Source: an uncultured Nitrososphaeraceae archaeon (lineage in GTDB: Archaea > Thermoproteota > Nitrososphaeria > Nitrososphaerales > Nitrososphaeraceae). From it: a DNA stretch of 64,000 bases. Both the position numbers and the translations under genes were made by a program. Each line of letters starts with the position of its first letter. The first letter of the stretch is position 1. Below are positions 43,207 to 54,779 of this stretch, one piece after another. The DNA lies in the NCBI GenBank assembly GCA_963779615.1, contig CAVZZA010000003.1, positions 64,001-128,000 on the forward strand, in the 5' to 3' direction. The notes under the pieces are model-generated. The model searched no databases. It was not told the DNA's origin and saw only the letters and a program-made list of their open reading frames with translations.

Positions 43207-43861
43207 TTAAATACTTACTCTATCAAAACGGTTATAATTTGATGAATTTGTTTCTATAACCTCAAACGTGCATTCTTTGTAATCTATGGGATTTTCTTCA
43301 TCATGTTCATTGAGAACCATCATCTTGACACTATAATCACCTAATGGCGCATCATTAGGAATACCCCAAGTCCAATCAATCCAATCAATTGTTTTTATCC
43401 ATTTATTCAAAATACCGCTTTTATCATCCGAATTTGATATTGTACCTAGGACAATAAGACTTGGCACTCAATCCATTGTTACAAATATTGGGTGTGGTAT
43501 ATGTAAAATTATACAAGTGTTGGTATTTGGGGTCTTTTAAAGGCACAAAGATTTCATTCATAAAATATCCATTTTTTATCGTTCCTACATATTTAGAGCG
43601 AAAAGATATAGAGTCTTGACCTCTCACGTATATTTTCTTATTGACTATTTGTGCCTCAAATATGGGTTTTCTGAAAAATCTTGGAAAAATTTTTTTGATT
43701 ATTGTTTTGTCATTTTTATCATTTTTGAATACAATGCCAGTTAGGATTGTACTAATTGCACCAACCACTCCCAAAATATTGGATATGAGTGCTTCTACTT
43801 TGAATACATTGATAAGCACGCCTGTAAAAAAATACAAATAAGAATAAAATACAAATTCCAA
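43207..43861 (-). pseudogene. hypothetical membrane-anchored protein, apparently frameshifted near 43460
   Basis: Two overlapping ORFs; N-terminal TM, C-terminal WTWGIPNDAPLGDYSV beta-sandwich-like tail. Confidence 0.45.
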
Positions 43862-44187
43862 TAATCGCGCCTATCCTCTTTAAATTCAAATTTGTTATTA
43901 TTGGGTAATAATTTATTCAATAATTATAGTATACCTTTTGCCTAAGCTATATACTTTGTTTTAGCATTTACCCATACTCAAAGTCGTTTTACCTAACACC
44001 CTTTTTTACGCATAAAAGAAGAAATTACTTGGGTCAATATTGGTAAATGTTTATCTATAACGCCTTAGTTAAGATCTGTAAATGCATTGGTAATGGTTAA
44101 TGTAAAGTAGTTGTAGTTATTTTACTTCATTTGTTTTTTAAAAACAGTATCAAATAAACGATTACTACAATCATCTCGTTTATGGAA

Positions 44188-44238
44188 ACAACCACAATTT
44201 GTTTACAACCACAATTTGTTTATAAACACAACTGGGCT
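44188..44238. repeat. 17-bp tandem repeat
   Basis: ACAACCACAATTTGTTT x2 (44188-44221) plus a degenerate third unit. Confidence 0.7.
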
Positions 44239-44386
44239 ACACATTACACAACTGTTAAGCAAGCCAAATTTAAAAATACAACAAAGAAATAAACGTCAAT
44301 GAATTTATTGCAATTCTGATTTTAACATGTTTCATCCACTCCATCAACAATAGTTGACAAAAATAAAGGAAAAGACATTTGTTTTC

Positions 44387-45388
44387 TTAAATCAAGTCTA
44401 ACAGACTTATCACCATAAAGTCGTTATCTTTTAGATATTTCATCTCTGACTTGAATAATTCAAAACTTGTAGTATAAAACCCGCTTGTTGTGTCAACATC
44501 ATGGTATATTATTATGGGGATTGCACCTATATCTTCACCATCATTATACTTGCTTTGGCTTTCAACCACATCGATGAATCTCTGCAACATTTGCTCATCA
44601 TCATATCCATGGTCTTCTCTTTCAGAGTCATGGCTCCATCCCATTATGGAATATTTACCATATTTTGCGTTGTCATTCAATGAATGGCAATTTATCTTCT
44701 CTTTTGGCAATGAGGAACTAGTTAAACCGCACTTTAGAAATGCCAGTGGATCGTTACCGGTCCTTGCCATCTCATAATGTTTGGCAACTTCTTTCAGTAT
44801 ATCAGGGTTATCTGAACCCCCATTTTTTGGATACGTGAATACTTTAACATCCCTAACGTCATTATCTAATAGGCATTTTTTTGAATCACTTATTTCATAA
44901 ATTGCCATATCCATTGGCATATCTTCAAGATCTGTATGACTCATTGAATGAGATGCTATGTCATATCCGTCTTTTTCCAACTGCTGTATATCATGCCAAT
45001 TCAAATGGTCGCTCATTGAGACATTATTGCATATAATAGAAAAGGTAGCAGGATAACCATAGGTGTCAAGTATCTGTTTGGCGTATTTCATTTGGCCTTT
45101 CTTCCCATCATCAAACGTAATAATTGCCAATTTTTTATCACCGTTGTTTAATGCATCATTTGATTCGTTACCAATGTTTTTGTCTTTGTCTGTTTGACCA
45201 AATACAACCATGTAATTAGATTCACTAAATACATTGGTGGTCACAATCATGCCAGATAAAATTGTAAGTAATATAGATCCCGATAACATGAAGTTAATAA
45301 AAACCATCCTTAATCTCTGCTCTCCTCCAAATAGTATTTTAGGGTTAGGTTGTCCTTCACAGGGATAGGAAGCTATAAAGAACCACAT
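44387..45388 (-). CDS. secreted polysaccharide deacetylase (NodB/CE4)
   Basis: ITFDDG, IASHSMSH, FTYPKNG, IIIYH; true start probably near MVFINF. Confidence 0.88.
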   Translation of the reverse strand: MWFFIASYPCEGQPNPKILFGGEQRLRMVFINFMLSGSILLTILSGMIVTTNVFSESNYMVVFGQTDKDKNIGNESNDALNNGDKKLAIITFDDGKKGQMKYAKQILDTYGYPATFSIICNNVSMSDHLNWHDIQQLEKDGYDIASHSMSHTDLEDMPMDMAIYEISDSKKCLLDNDVRDVKVFTYPKNGGSDNPDILKEVAKHYEMARTGNDPLAFLKCGLTSSSLPKEKINCHSLNDNAKYGKYSIMGWSHDSEREDHGYDDEQMLQRFIDVVESQSKYNDGEDIGAIPIIIYHDVDTTSGFYTTSFELFKSEMKYLKDNDFMVISLLDLI

Positions 45389-45494
45389 TTTTTGAATTGC
45401 ATCCCATAGGCGATTCTTTTATTTTTTTGGGGAATTATTAAATTTAAAGATATTGCAAATTGTAACAGTTTAAATAAATTTCAAACGTTGTTTT

Positions 45495-47924
45495 TTAATT
45501 ATTTTTGGTGTCTAGCGGTAGACTAAAAGAAAATGTTGCACCCTTTCCATCCTCATTGTTTTTTGCCCATATTCTTCCACCGTGGGCTTCTATTATATTT
45601 TTTGAGATAAATAGGCCAAGGCCAGTTCCCCTGTCTGATTTGGTGGCAAATTTGGTAAACAACTTGGGCAGTATTTCCTCATGGATACCACTTCCGGCAT
45701 CTTTCATTGTTATGACAGCGTACTTTTGGCCATTGATGAATTCTTTTTTTAATTCCATATCGATTTTCTCATCTTCATTTGTGAATTTAAATGCATTATC
45801 CAATAGATTGGAAACAACTTGGGACACCCTTGATCTGTCTACCTCAGCTAAAAAGGAATCGAAACTGCCATTTTTACTTAATTGTGCAAAGCCTAGCCTG
45901 GTTTTGCATCTTTCTCTGTCGGTTAAATGATGTCTACGACTATCTCCAACATTATCCATTATCTGCTTTTCGTATTCTGCCATGTGCTCAAGTAAAAACA
46001 TTCGGAGATCGACGGTCTCCTTATAAAGACTTAGAGAGTTTGTTTCAATCCTCGTAATGTCTAAAACATTTGCTGTCAATGATATCAGTTTTTTTGTGTT
46101 TCTTATAATAATGTCAACATAACTATTGATTTGGTTTTTGTTTATCAGTACTTCTTGTGAATTCTCTGATTCATTTTGGTTTATAATCCATTTGAGTGTT
46201 TGGGAAATTGCGAGTATTGGCTGGATTGGATTCCTAAACTCATGTGCCGCGATATGAATAAAGTCTTTCTGGAGTATTTCGTTTTTCTTTAGTTGTTGGT
46301 ATAGTTCGGTTTGTTCCCACAGGTTTTCAAATATTGAGACATAAGACAATACGCCTGCTTTGCTGTTTGAGTATGTCGATAACCCTATAGCTTCGTGAAA
46401 CGTTTCTTTTGTATCGTCCTTTAGCTCCATTACCAAGGATACTTTTTTGTCAACTACCAGGATGGTAGATCTTGTCTCTAATAACGTTTGGATATACCTT
46501 ACTTGAACATTGTTGTTGTTGTTGTTTGCGTTGTTCATTAAGTAGTTGTGTTTTTCCAGTCTTTCAATCAACTCTACAGTGTTTTTACTTTTAGGAATCA
46601 GCACCCTTACTTTTACGCTTCTAGCTGATGAGGCGTCTATTATCCAGTCAATTAATCCTATTTTGTGCTGTCTTAGAAATGCATTAGAGGTGGGAAGCAT
46701 TAGCATAATCTCCTTATTTGCCGATCTCAATAAATCCAAATAGGCATTTTCAGCGTTAGTCGACCTCGATATCACTTCCACCCTTTCAGTATCAAGTCCC
46801 CTCTCAATGTCCTCTATAATGTCTATCGCATCAATGCCATTTTTCCACAGCTCCTCAAATACGGTTTGGTATTGAGTGATGTAAAGACCATCATTGCTTG
46901 TAATAATACTGTTAATGGTTTTTCTGCCTTCTTTACGATCGATTTTCTCTGCATTTGAAATGAAAACTTTGTCAGTTACTAGAAAGTTTATTGGAGGCAG
47001 GTCTCTTACGCTTCTGATTTTGATCCCAATGTCCATGAATAGCTTGACCAAAGCCGCATCCTCTTTACAGCTTATATTTGTAATCCACCGTACGCCGTCG
47101 TGACATTCCCTGTCATACTTATCCATTATTTCTTGATACATTCCGAAAAAGGAATCGTGTAATATTTTCAGCAAACCAGTATCCGAGCAAACTAATATTT
47201 CCTCACTGCCTTTACTCAACGACTTTATTTTATTGCATATGTCATCTGTATCGTCCAGGACTTTGGTTTCTATTCTTTGGACTCCCTCCTCAATCTCCCT
47301 TATCCTTTGTGCTGCAGGTATGGCATTGGCCCAAAAACTTTTGAAAACGAGCTGCTGCTGCTCTACTATTTCCTTTACATTGCTATGAATAAGGTGGGAT
47401 ACGGGTTTAGCTTCTTGCAAATTGGCCGTGGCAATAAATTCAATTTCGGTTACTGCCATTCCCCCTTTTGCACTGTCCATGTGGCGCACCTCTGCTATCT
47501 TCATTAGCTCTTTGCAGTAATTGATATTGTGCTTTGTAATTTCAGATATGTACCGTATTTTGACACCCCTCTTATGCGCGTTTCTAAAACCTTTTCTCAA
47601 TTGCTCTATGCCCATTGCTATTGTGGGACCATTGGAGTCTGCATAATTGTCCCATATACTTCTTGCATTGTCTAGTGTTTGCAGAATCAATTCTGTGGTT
47701 TTATCTTCACCATAGACAACCATCGTTTTTTCTTTTAGCGTGGCATTGCCATTGTTATCCATATCACCATTGGAGGTTTCGTGAGTGGCATTGTGGGAAT
47801 CTTTGTCTTTGTTGTTTAAAGGTAAATTTTCACCATTTTCAATGGAATTAAAAGATGATTTATCATATCCATTACCAATATCATCACAGTTTTTTTCTTC
47901 ATCGATATTGATTTTAAAGTTCAA
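45495..47924 (-). CDS. cytoplasmic sensor histidine kinase
   Basis: AAHEFRNPIQPI H-box, SNLLDNAFKF, DAGSGI, GTGLGLFI, GATFSFSLP; three N-terminal repeats ending F..(L/F)W. Confidence 0.93.
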   Translation of the reverse strand: MNFKINIDEEKNCDDIGNGYDKSSFNSIENGENLPLNNKDKDSHNATHETSNGDMDNNGNATLKEKTMVVYGEDKTTELILQTLDNARSIWDNYADSNGPTIAMGIEQLRKGFRNAHKRGVKIRYISEITKHNINYCKELMKIAEVRHMDSAKGGMAVTEIEFIATANLQEAKPVSHLIHSNVKEIVEQQQLVFKSFWANAIPAAQRIREIEEGVQRIETKVLDDTDDICNKIKSLSKGSEEILVCSDTGLLKILHDSFFGMYQEIMDKYDRECHDGVRWITNISCKEDAALVKLFMDIGIKIRSVRDLPPINFLVTDKVFISNAEKIDRKEGRKTINSIITSNDGLYITQYQTVFEELWKNGIDAIDIIEDIERGLDTERVEVISRSTNAENAYLDLLRSANKEIMLMLPTSNAFLRQHKIGLIDWIIDASSARSVKVRVLIPKSKNTVELIERLEKHNYLMNNANNNNNNVQVRYIQTLLETRSTILVVDKKVSLVMELKDDTKETFHEAIGLSTYSNSKAGVLSYVSIFENLWEQTELYQQLKKNEILQKDFIHIAAHEFRNPIQPILAISQTLKWIINQNESENSQEVLINKNQINSYVDIIIRNTKKLISLTANVLDITRIETNSLSLYKETVDLRMFLLEHMAEYEKQIMDNVGDSRRHHLTDRERCKTRLGFAQLSKNGSFDSFLAEVDRSRVSQVVSNLLDNAFKFTNEDEKIDMELKKEFINGQKYAVITMKDAGSGIHEEILPKLFTKFATKSDRGTGLGLFISKNIIEAHGGRIWAKNNEDGKGATFSFSLPLDTKNN

Positions 47925-48245
47925 TACCTAACAATACCATATAATAACAATATGATATAAACATATCCATATTTGTTTCCATTTCTGCAAAAAAATGAGT
48001 TAAAATTTATCTAATTTAGATTCGCAATATACCTATTATTAAACTCCCAGGTCGATTACAATAATGGAGTTAATCAGTTTAATAATATCTATCTGGAGGA
48101 GGAGGAAAAGTATGAAAAATCTTAATCTGATATTATTTTCAAAATCCCAAATGGGGCATATCATTTATTTATTAAAACACTAGTGATAAAAAAACTACTT
48201 TATTTTGATGCAAGTTTAATATGTTACAGGCATTAAAGATGATAA

Positions 48246-48599
48246 ATGCAAAGAAGTAGACCTTTGGGTGTTACAATAATTGCCATACTTGCTGTTATAG
48301 GAGGTATTGGTTCATTATTAAGTGGATTTGCAGTAATAGCGATAATACCATTACTCGGTATAATCATTGGGGGGCTTCTCATTATAATTGGATTAGCATA
48401 TTTTGTTGTGGCTTATGGACTGTGGAAAGGGCTAAACTGGGCTTGGAATATAACCTTGATAGTATCTGCAATAGGGATTATCGCGGGTTTAGGATCGATT
48501 GCAGTTGGAAATCCAGGAGCAATATTCCATTTAATAGTCAATTTTATTGTCATTTATTATCTGTACCGACCAAATGTCAAGGCGTATTTTGGAAAATAA
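48246..48599 (+). CDS. small 4-TM membrane protein (RPLGVTIIAIL type)
   Basis: 117 aa hydrophobic; YGLWKG..WAW, YYLYRPNVKAYF. Confidence 0.8.
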   Translation: MQRSRPLGVTIIAILAVIGGIGSLLSGFAVIAIIPLLGIIIGGLLIIIGLAYFVVAYGLWKGLNWAWNITLIVSAIGIIAGLGSIAVGNPGAIFHLIVNFIVIYYLYRPNVKAYFGK

Positions 48600-49032
48600 A
48601 TACACCACCATTTTTTATGCAGAACCTTTCCTTTTTCGTTTACTCCGTGTATCTGTAATTCCGTTAAAGTACGAAATGCAAAGTTTTTGATTTTACTCTT
48701 TTTTTAGTAAAGATAATAAATTACTCCATAATTGCTGTAGCGAGATAATACATTAATCTATTTTGATGGTCAAACTGTAAATAAACAGATCCCTTGCATA
48801 ATACCATAATGTCCTTATTGGAAAATATCTTTACATCATATATTTTGAGATTCCATTTTAAAAAAGACACATCCATGTTTTGTCAAATCAATTGACACCA
48901 TCATCGCTGCAAAAGCCAATAGCAACAAGAGAAGTGAGATGTGGTATGGATTTAGTGGAAAAGACATGCAATGCAAATAAAAGATGATTTGGATGGCATT
49001 GTGGTTTTCTTATATCTTAATTATAAAATTAA

Positions 49033-49521
49033 TTAATCTGCTTTATTTTCACACATTTTTGACATTGCTTCTTCTGCTGCTTTGTTCATCTCTTCTGGAC
49101 TGAGGTCTTTTACATGAGTAGAAATTGACCATCTGTGTCCAAAGGGGTCTTCGATGCTACCATGTCTGTCTCCCCAAAATTGATCTGCAACCGGATCCAA
49201 TACCTTTGCACCTTCGTTAACCGCCTGGTTAAAGGTTTTGTCCACATCTTCCACATACAAGAATATTCCGCCTGAACTTCCACCTAAAGTTGCAGGTGAA
49301 GGGTTTTCCATCTCCGGAATTTCATCTGACAACATTAATTTGGAATCACCTATCTCAAGTTCTGCATGGGCTAACGCTTTTCCGTCTGGAGTCATCATAC
49401 GCATTAGTTCTTTGGCTCCAAATGCTTTTTTATAAAAGTCTATGGCCCTTGCACCACCTTTTACATTCAGGTAGGGTGTAATAGAACGATACCCATCTGG
49501 AATTTTTTTCACTTGGCTCAT
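49033..49521 (-). CDS. VOC/glyoxalase PhnB-like protein
   Basis: ITPYL.V.G..RAIDFYKKAFGA, HAEL.IGDS, DQFWGDR.G..EDPFGH.W; start moved to MSQVKK. Confidence 0.9.
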   Translation of the reverse strand: MSQVKKIPDGYRSITPYLNVKGGARAIDFYKKAFGAKELMRMMTPDGKALAHAELEIGDSKLMLSDEIPEMENPSPATLGGSSGGIFLYVEDVDKTFNQAVNEGAKVLDPVADQFWGDRHGSIEDPFGHRWSISTHVKDLSPEEMNKAAEEAMSKMCENKAD

Positions 49522-49569
49522 AGATAACTCCATACAATTATAGGTTATAAGCATACAAGGGAGTAAAAG

Positions 49570-50234
49570 GGCTCTGTTCACTTAACGAAATCTTATAGCT
49601 TGAAGATGCACAATTTCCTTTGTGCACAGTAGAAACAGAACACCTTCACAATACATTGGTTATGGCCTGTACTTTTATTTTTCAGGACTCTCCTTAAGAA
49701 TAGCCTCTGAAAGGCTGTCATCATGCTTTATCAAGCGAAACCATGTTTCCATCTGGAACTGGATACAATAGCACAACCCAAGGAAGTCGTCCTCAAGTAA
49801 AAGGAGGGTTGAGGAGTTTATTGTTGATGGAACATTGCTTAAGATTGGTTCAGAGTTGGTATGGCTTTGGGTGGCAATTGAGCCTGCCAACAAAGAGATT
49901 CTCTCAATAAGCATATCCAAGGAGAGAAACATGTTTGTGGCCGAGCGTTTCCTGTACCGCCTATTGGAAAAGCATGGGGAGCATCCTGTTTCGACCGATG
50001 GCGGAACATGGTATCCGCAGGCCTGTCAGTTTTTGAAACCAAGGCATCACATGCATTCACCTTATGAGAAAAGCATCATTGAGAGAACAATGCAGTACAT
50101 CAAGGACAGGACGGAAAGCTTTGATGACTATTTTCCATGTAAAAAGAAAAACTGTAAACTCAAGCATGTAAATAATTGGTTGAACCTATTTGCGGATTTG
50201 CATACAAGGGATTATCCATTAAATGAACAGAGCC
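49570..50234 (+). mobile_element. IS6-family element, transposase with in-frame TAG
   Basis: 16-bp TIR GGCTCTGTTCA(C/T)TTAA; 8-bp direct repeat AGTAAAAG at 49562-49569 and 50235-50242; SGLSLR, IWNWIQ*, WLWVAIEP, STDGGTWYP, IIERTMQYIKDR. Confidence 0.93.
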
Positions 50235-50652
50235 AGTAAAAGCATAGTTGGATGTTCATGCAATCAATCCACTCAATAGGTCATCAAAAACTTTATTAAA
50301 AAAAAAGATATGTTTGATTTAACAAAAGTGTTCATAAAAACACTTGTTCAAACATTTTCTAAAAACAAAAAATTTTAGCAAATAAATTAACTAGGTTATG
50401 CCATAATTTTTATTTTTTTATCAATTTCTGATAGAATCCAATCCCTTTTGATAATTGCTTTATGAGGTATAAAGAATTCTACAGATTAACATCTTCAAGC
50501 GTGTGAATTTCTTCGATTACCTGATCAAGTTCAAATATACTCCAAGTAACAGTTTGATAATCAATCGAATCCTTATAATGTATCATTGGCAAGGCAACAA
50601 CAAAGTAAACTCCATGATTTTAAAACAACAAAACTATTGATTCCACTTTATT

Positions 50653-50678
50653 CGCCGGGAGTGGGACTCGAATCCATA
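50653..50678 (-). other. isolated tRNA 3'-end fragment (Ser-like), att-like remnant
   Basis: Minus strand TTCGAGT-CCCAC-TCCCGGC-G = T-loop, T-stem, acceptor strand, discriminator G; no 5' half. Confidence 0.6.
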
Positions 50679-50946
50679 CCGCCCGCTAACAAAAAAATCC
50701 ATTATAGTTTTTAATTATGAGAGGAGAAAATGAGATCTGACTCCGCTATTTGCATTCCGGGGTTTATGCATAATCAAATGAATTCAAATATCATAATCAA
50801 GATTTTCTATCTAATCAAGAAAGGGGATTTTATTCATCCAAGATTTAATTCATCCAATAGTATTGATATTTTAGTTTTAGTGGCACTGCTTGCCCAATAC
50901 TATCTATTAAGATATAAAATGTCACAATGAATCAATACTGGTTCCC

Positions 50947-51195
50947 TCAACCATATACAAACTCTATCAAAATTGAATCAGCATAATCTTTTATCTTTAA
51001 TCTTTTCACCAATATCTCAAGGTCAGTGTCTTTATCCAAAAGCCTTTTGTCCTTAATTGCTACATATTGATTTTTGTGATATTTTTTGAAATATTCACAA
51101 TTTGAATAAAACCAATCCAAGTTATCATTTAACCTTTCCAATTTTTCTGATTCATTTGTTTTATCGGAATTTTTAAAAATTCCTTCTATTTGCAT
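50947..51195 (-). CDS. DUF5678-like small protein
   Basis: WF..N....KK.H.NQYVAIKD.RLLD.D.DLE.L pattern. Confidence 0.65.
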   Translation of the reverse strand: MQIEGIFKNSDKTNESEKLERLNDNLDWFYSNCEYFKKYHKNQYVAIKDKRLLDKDTDLEILVKRLKIKDYADSILIEFVYG

Positions 51196-51358
51196 TGCTA
51201 TTTTACATTGTTAACAAAGATAAACTTTCCTTTCATTTTCCTTTATAATCAATAAAAGAATATTGATTTATCTTAACAATTGTTAAATAAAACGTTCAAA
51301 AGTGTTTCGAAATATTCCAGATACTAAATCGAGTACTCAATAGCAGGAGGGATTCGTT

Positions 51359-51468
51359 GGCCCTGTTCACCTAAGCGTCTTTAATTCTTCTTATGAACTT
51401 CTGCAAACATATTCAACCATGGATTGCACGTCTTAGTTTGCATTTCTTTTTTTTACTGCTGGGAAAGT
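51359..51468 (-). mobile_element. IS6 right-end remnant
   Basis: GGCCCTGTTCACCTAAG end followed by decayed transposase tail (KKKCKL...WLNMFAEVH), homologous to 50130-50234. Confidence 0.75.
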
Positions 51469-51799
51469 TTTGTTGATGTCGGTTAACCCTAGATTAACCT
51501 TAAAAACGCCGTTTCCAGAAACATCGTTTGCAAATTTGGTTATAAATGGCCCATTTATTTTGATGGCAGCCGATACAAAAGAAACAACATTTTCATCATT
51601 GCCAGATTATTGCAGTGGCAAAATTGTTGATGCAGTAAAAGCCAAAAACACAATTGCTGAAAATTTAATTGGTGATAAAACAGTCATTCTAGTGATTCTG
51701 TGTGCTATGTTAAAAATTGTTGCTATGAACTTTATTTTTATTGCATGTTAATTTGTTTCATCGTTTATAATAAATAATTTAAGTGATGTGTGAAAAAGG

Positions 51800-52697
51800 T
51801 TAAGGGGACATGGGTGGCATTATCTCTCTAATGGATACAATGGCATAATCGACTTTTTTAAAACCATCTATTCTGGAGGTGAACATCCCACCCCATAATG
51901 GAGGTTTGTCATAGTCAACAACTTTTCCGTCTACCGTACCGCTATCAGTTGCATATACTTGTTCCTGAAGTGGATCCCAATTGTTTTTTGGGTTACCATT
52001 ATCACAAAAAGGATTCCAATCAACATAATCCCTTGCTGTTACTGATTGATTATCTTGATTTGTCCAAACCATTGTTTTTCTTCCAATCCATTTGCCTTCT
52101 TTTGAATTGTTATTTGCGGCAAATCTTTTAGTTTTTTTCCCACCATGACCTGGCAAATAATCAGGATGATTATATTCCATATTGGATACTAAGGTATTGC
52201 TTCCACCACCGATTTTAAACGCCAACTCAATGCAACTCGCTCTCGGATCATGATCATCCGTATGTATTCCTCCCCTCATTTTGGATGAACATTCAGTATG
52301 ATTTGCTGCTATACCATTTCCATGAACCTTATCATTAAGCTCTAAAATAATATGTAAATTCTGCATTTCTGTTGTCATTTGAAGTCCATATGAATTGAGG
52401 GTTGTCTTTCCATGTATTCTTTTGATCTCCATCCAGTCCACCGCCTCCATTGATATTGACCCTTACAGTTTTTCCAACAGAATGATCAGAATAATGAACA
52501 TCGTTTGCTCTAACTCTGTAAAAAGCTATGTTGTTTTCAGTTTTTCTATCTGCTGAATTATCATCTGTTGAGATAAATATTCCTGATGTTATACCATGTG
52601 CATCTGACAAGTAAAATTCAGATCCACCTGGTTTGGTTTCAAACAACATTTTTACTCCATTTTTATCTAAATTATTGGTCGACACTATAAATTGCAC
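51800..52697 (-). pseudogene. hypothetical beta-rich (carbohydrate-binding-like) protein, frameshifted near 52340
   Basis: LDKNGVKMLFETKPGG...NAEFTYYFR continues in another frame as KMRGG.H...KWIGRK...RID. Confidence 0.55.
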
Positions 52698-53584
52698 CTG
52701 TGGCTAATAAAGAGGACATATTTTTTTAAACATGACAATTAATATATTATATATAAGTATTTAAGGGTATTGAGATTGAAAACCAAAATCAAAAGAATTT
52801 TGTATTGGTATGAAATAGATGCTTTTAATACATTATTAGTTGTATCTGCAATCATGATTGCAGATGCCTTGCTGCAATTCCCACACTGAAGCAGTCAAAA
52901 GCTTTTGAACAATCCAAAATAATGCGTATCTCTATCTTGAAAATCCTTTGGGCGTGTGACAGTGTGACAAATGTTCCGGTCAGGTGGCACTATCATGTAC
53001 TTTAACATCAGAAACCTGATAGTATTTGGAATTATTAAATGGTATTATTTGATAGGAATATACTCCAGATAACAATTTTCACCGACATCTAAATTTATTA
53101 TTTGAGTCCCAAAATTTTTATTCATTTTATAAATTCTCGTTGTACCACACTAAAACAAAATTAGCCAGAGATAGACTGTCCTTTTCTTTGTTAGTCAAAT
53201 TTGTCATGGGCCCAAGGGGGCTAATGCAGATATCGGTTCTTTAAATCAGGTTCTGTTGTTGCTGACGGATACAGAGATATAAAACTTGCTGGTTTTCAAT
53301 TCTTTAAAACAATAACAAGAGATTTAACTGTCTTACCCGGTTTGACAAATATTCTTGGATATATAAAAAGAACAGAGATTTTACAAATATAAACTTGCAG
53401 AAACGGCTAACGCAGGTATGTGTTATCTATCCTGGTTTCGGTAGAAAGGAAATTCTAAATATGTGGATTTTGTTATTCCTAAAAAGCAAGTCGTTCACAT
53501 AGTGCTAGATTAACGTGGACATTCTTCGAGTTATCTTAACAAATATTATAGCCTATAAAAGACATTATATACAATGTAAAATGG

Positions 53585-53866
53585 ATGGTAGATATTCTAA
53601 TAACAGTCATCGGGCTTTTGGCCACTGCTTTCACTGTTGCAAGCACAGTACCACAAATCAGAAAGGCATTAAAAACAAAGGATACCGATGATGTTTCTAT
53701 TCGTTTTCTCATTGTTTTGATTGTTGGTCTTTCCCTATGGGTTGTATATGGAATTGGAAGAGCAGATATTGTTATAGTAATTGGTAACTCTATAGGAGCC
53801 TCACTAAACATTTGGATGTTGATTCTCAAGATAAAATATTCAAGAGAACCATTGGTGGAAGAATGA
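53585..53866 (+). CDS. SemiSWEET (PQ-loop/MtN3) sugar transporter
   Basis: 93 aa, 3 TM, VPQI.K..KTKDT.DVS, LWVVYG, GN. Confidence 0.9.
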   Translation: MVDILITVIGLLATAFTVASTVPQIRKALKTKDTDDVSIRFLIVLIVGLSLWVVYGIGRADIVIVIGNSIGASLNIWMLILKIKYSREPLVEE

Positions 53867-54217
53867 AAATGGGGTTTGCGTTCTGATTTTCAGTTATTTC
53901 TTTGACGCATTATTTGATATTTCTTGGAAATATTGTAAAATAAAATAAGGGTTTAATGGGTTTTGGTAATATATATCGTGTCCAAAATCTTCCTAGGTCT
54001 CTAATAATCTACACTATCATTTCAATTTGATAGGCAACTAAAGGGCAAATAACCAACACTTTAAAAATTCAAAATTGCCACGTCAAAGATATCATAACTA
54101 TGCCATGGATTCCTTTCTTTTCTTTTGAGGTTTTCTGTTTACTTGTACTTCACTTGACGGGAGAGCCAGAACAAGCGATAAACCTTAAATAATTCTTCTA
54201 AAATAACTGACCCATTA

Positions 54218-54712
54218 ATGGAAATTATCTTCGACGAGTATGACATGAGAAAACTACCACCGAGAGAGCGACTAGACAAAATTATACACATTTTAAGAAA
54301 CGAAATAGACGAATCTATTAGATGGGATTCTGTTTGGCTTGCAGGAGAAATAACTGAAGTGATTGACATAGGTGATCCTATTTTTGCTGAAATAGCCGAC
54401 CTAATGGTCTGGGTTTTGCTTAATGACGATAATGGAATTGTAAAACATGAGGCTGCTTTTCAAATAGGCGTACGAAACATGAGAGATAAGATTCCTTCCC
54501 TAATTAACTCTACCCTAAATGATAAAAATGAACTTGTAAGACACGAAGCTATAGAAGCTTTGGGTTTGATGCGCGCCCATGAATGTAAAGAAACGCTGAG
54601 AAAGATGCTGGAAGATCCAAGCGATGCAGTTAGAGAAACTGCAGTTTTTGTACTGAAAAGACTTGATAGGCTGACAAATAGAGGAGGCTATAAAGTAGAT
54701 GCGATACTGTAG
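54218..54712 (+). CDS. HEAT/PBS-lyase repeat protein
   Basis: IRWDSVWLAG, VKHEAAFQIG, VRHEAIEALG, DAVRETA. Confidence 0.85.
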   Translation: MEIIFDEYDMRKLPPRERLDKIIHILRNEIDESIRWDSVWLAGEITEVIDIGDPIFAEIADLMVWVLLNDDNGIVKHEAAFQIGVRNMRDKIPSLINSTLNDKNELVRHEAIEALGLMRAHECKETLRKMLEDPSDAVRETAVFVLKRLDRLTNRGGYKVDAIL

Positions 54713-54779
54713 TAAATTTAGTCATTAATACTGTTCAAGTCTAACGATTGGTATCCCTATAGCATATAGTAATTAAGAA

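Noticed and set aside
51341-51357. Third tRNA 3'-end fragment (CGAATCCCTCCTGCTA on minus strand)
   Set aside because: T-stem plus acceptor spacing is 2 nt short and it is cut by an IS6 end; too weak
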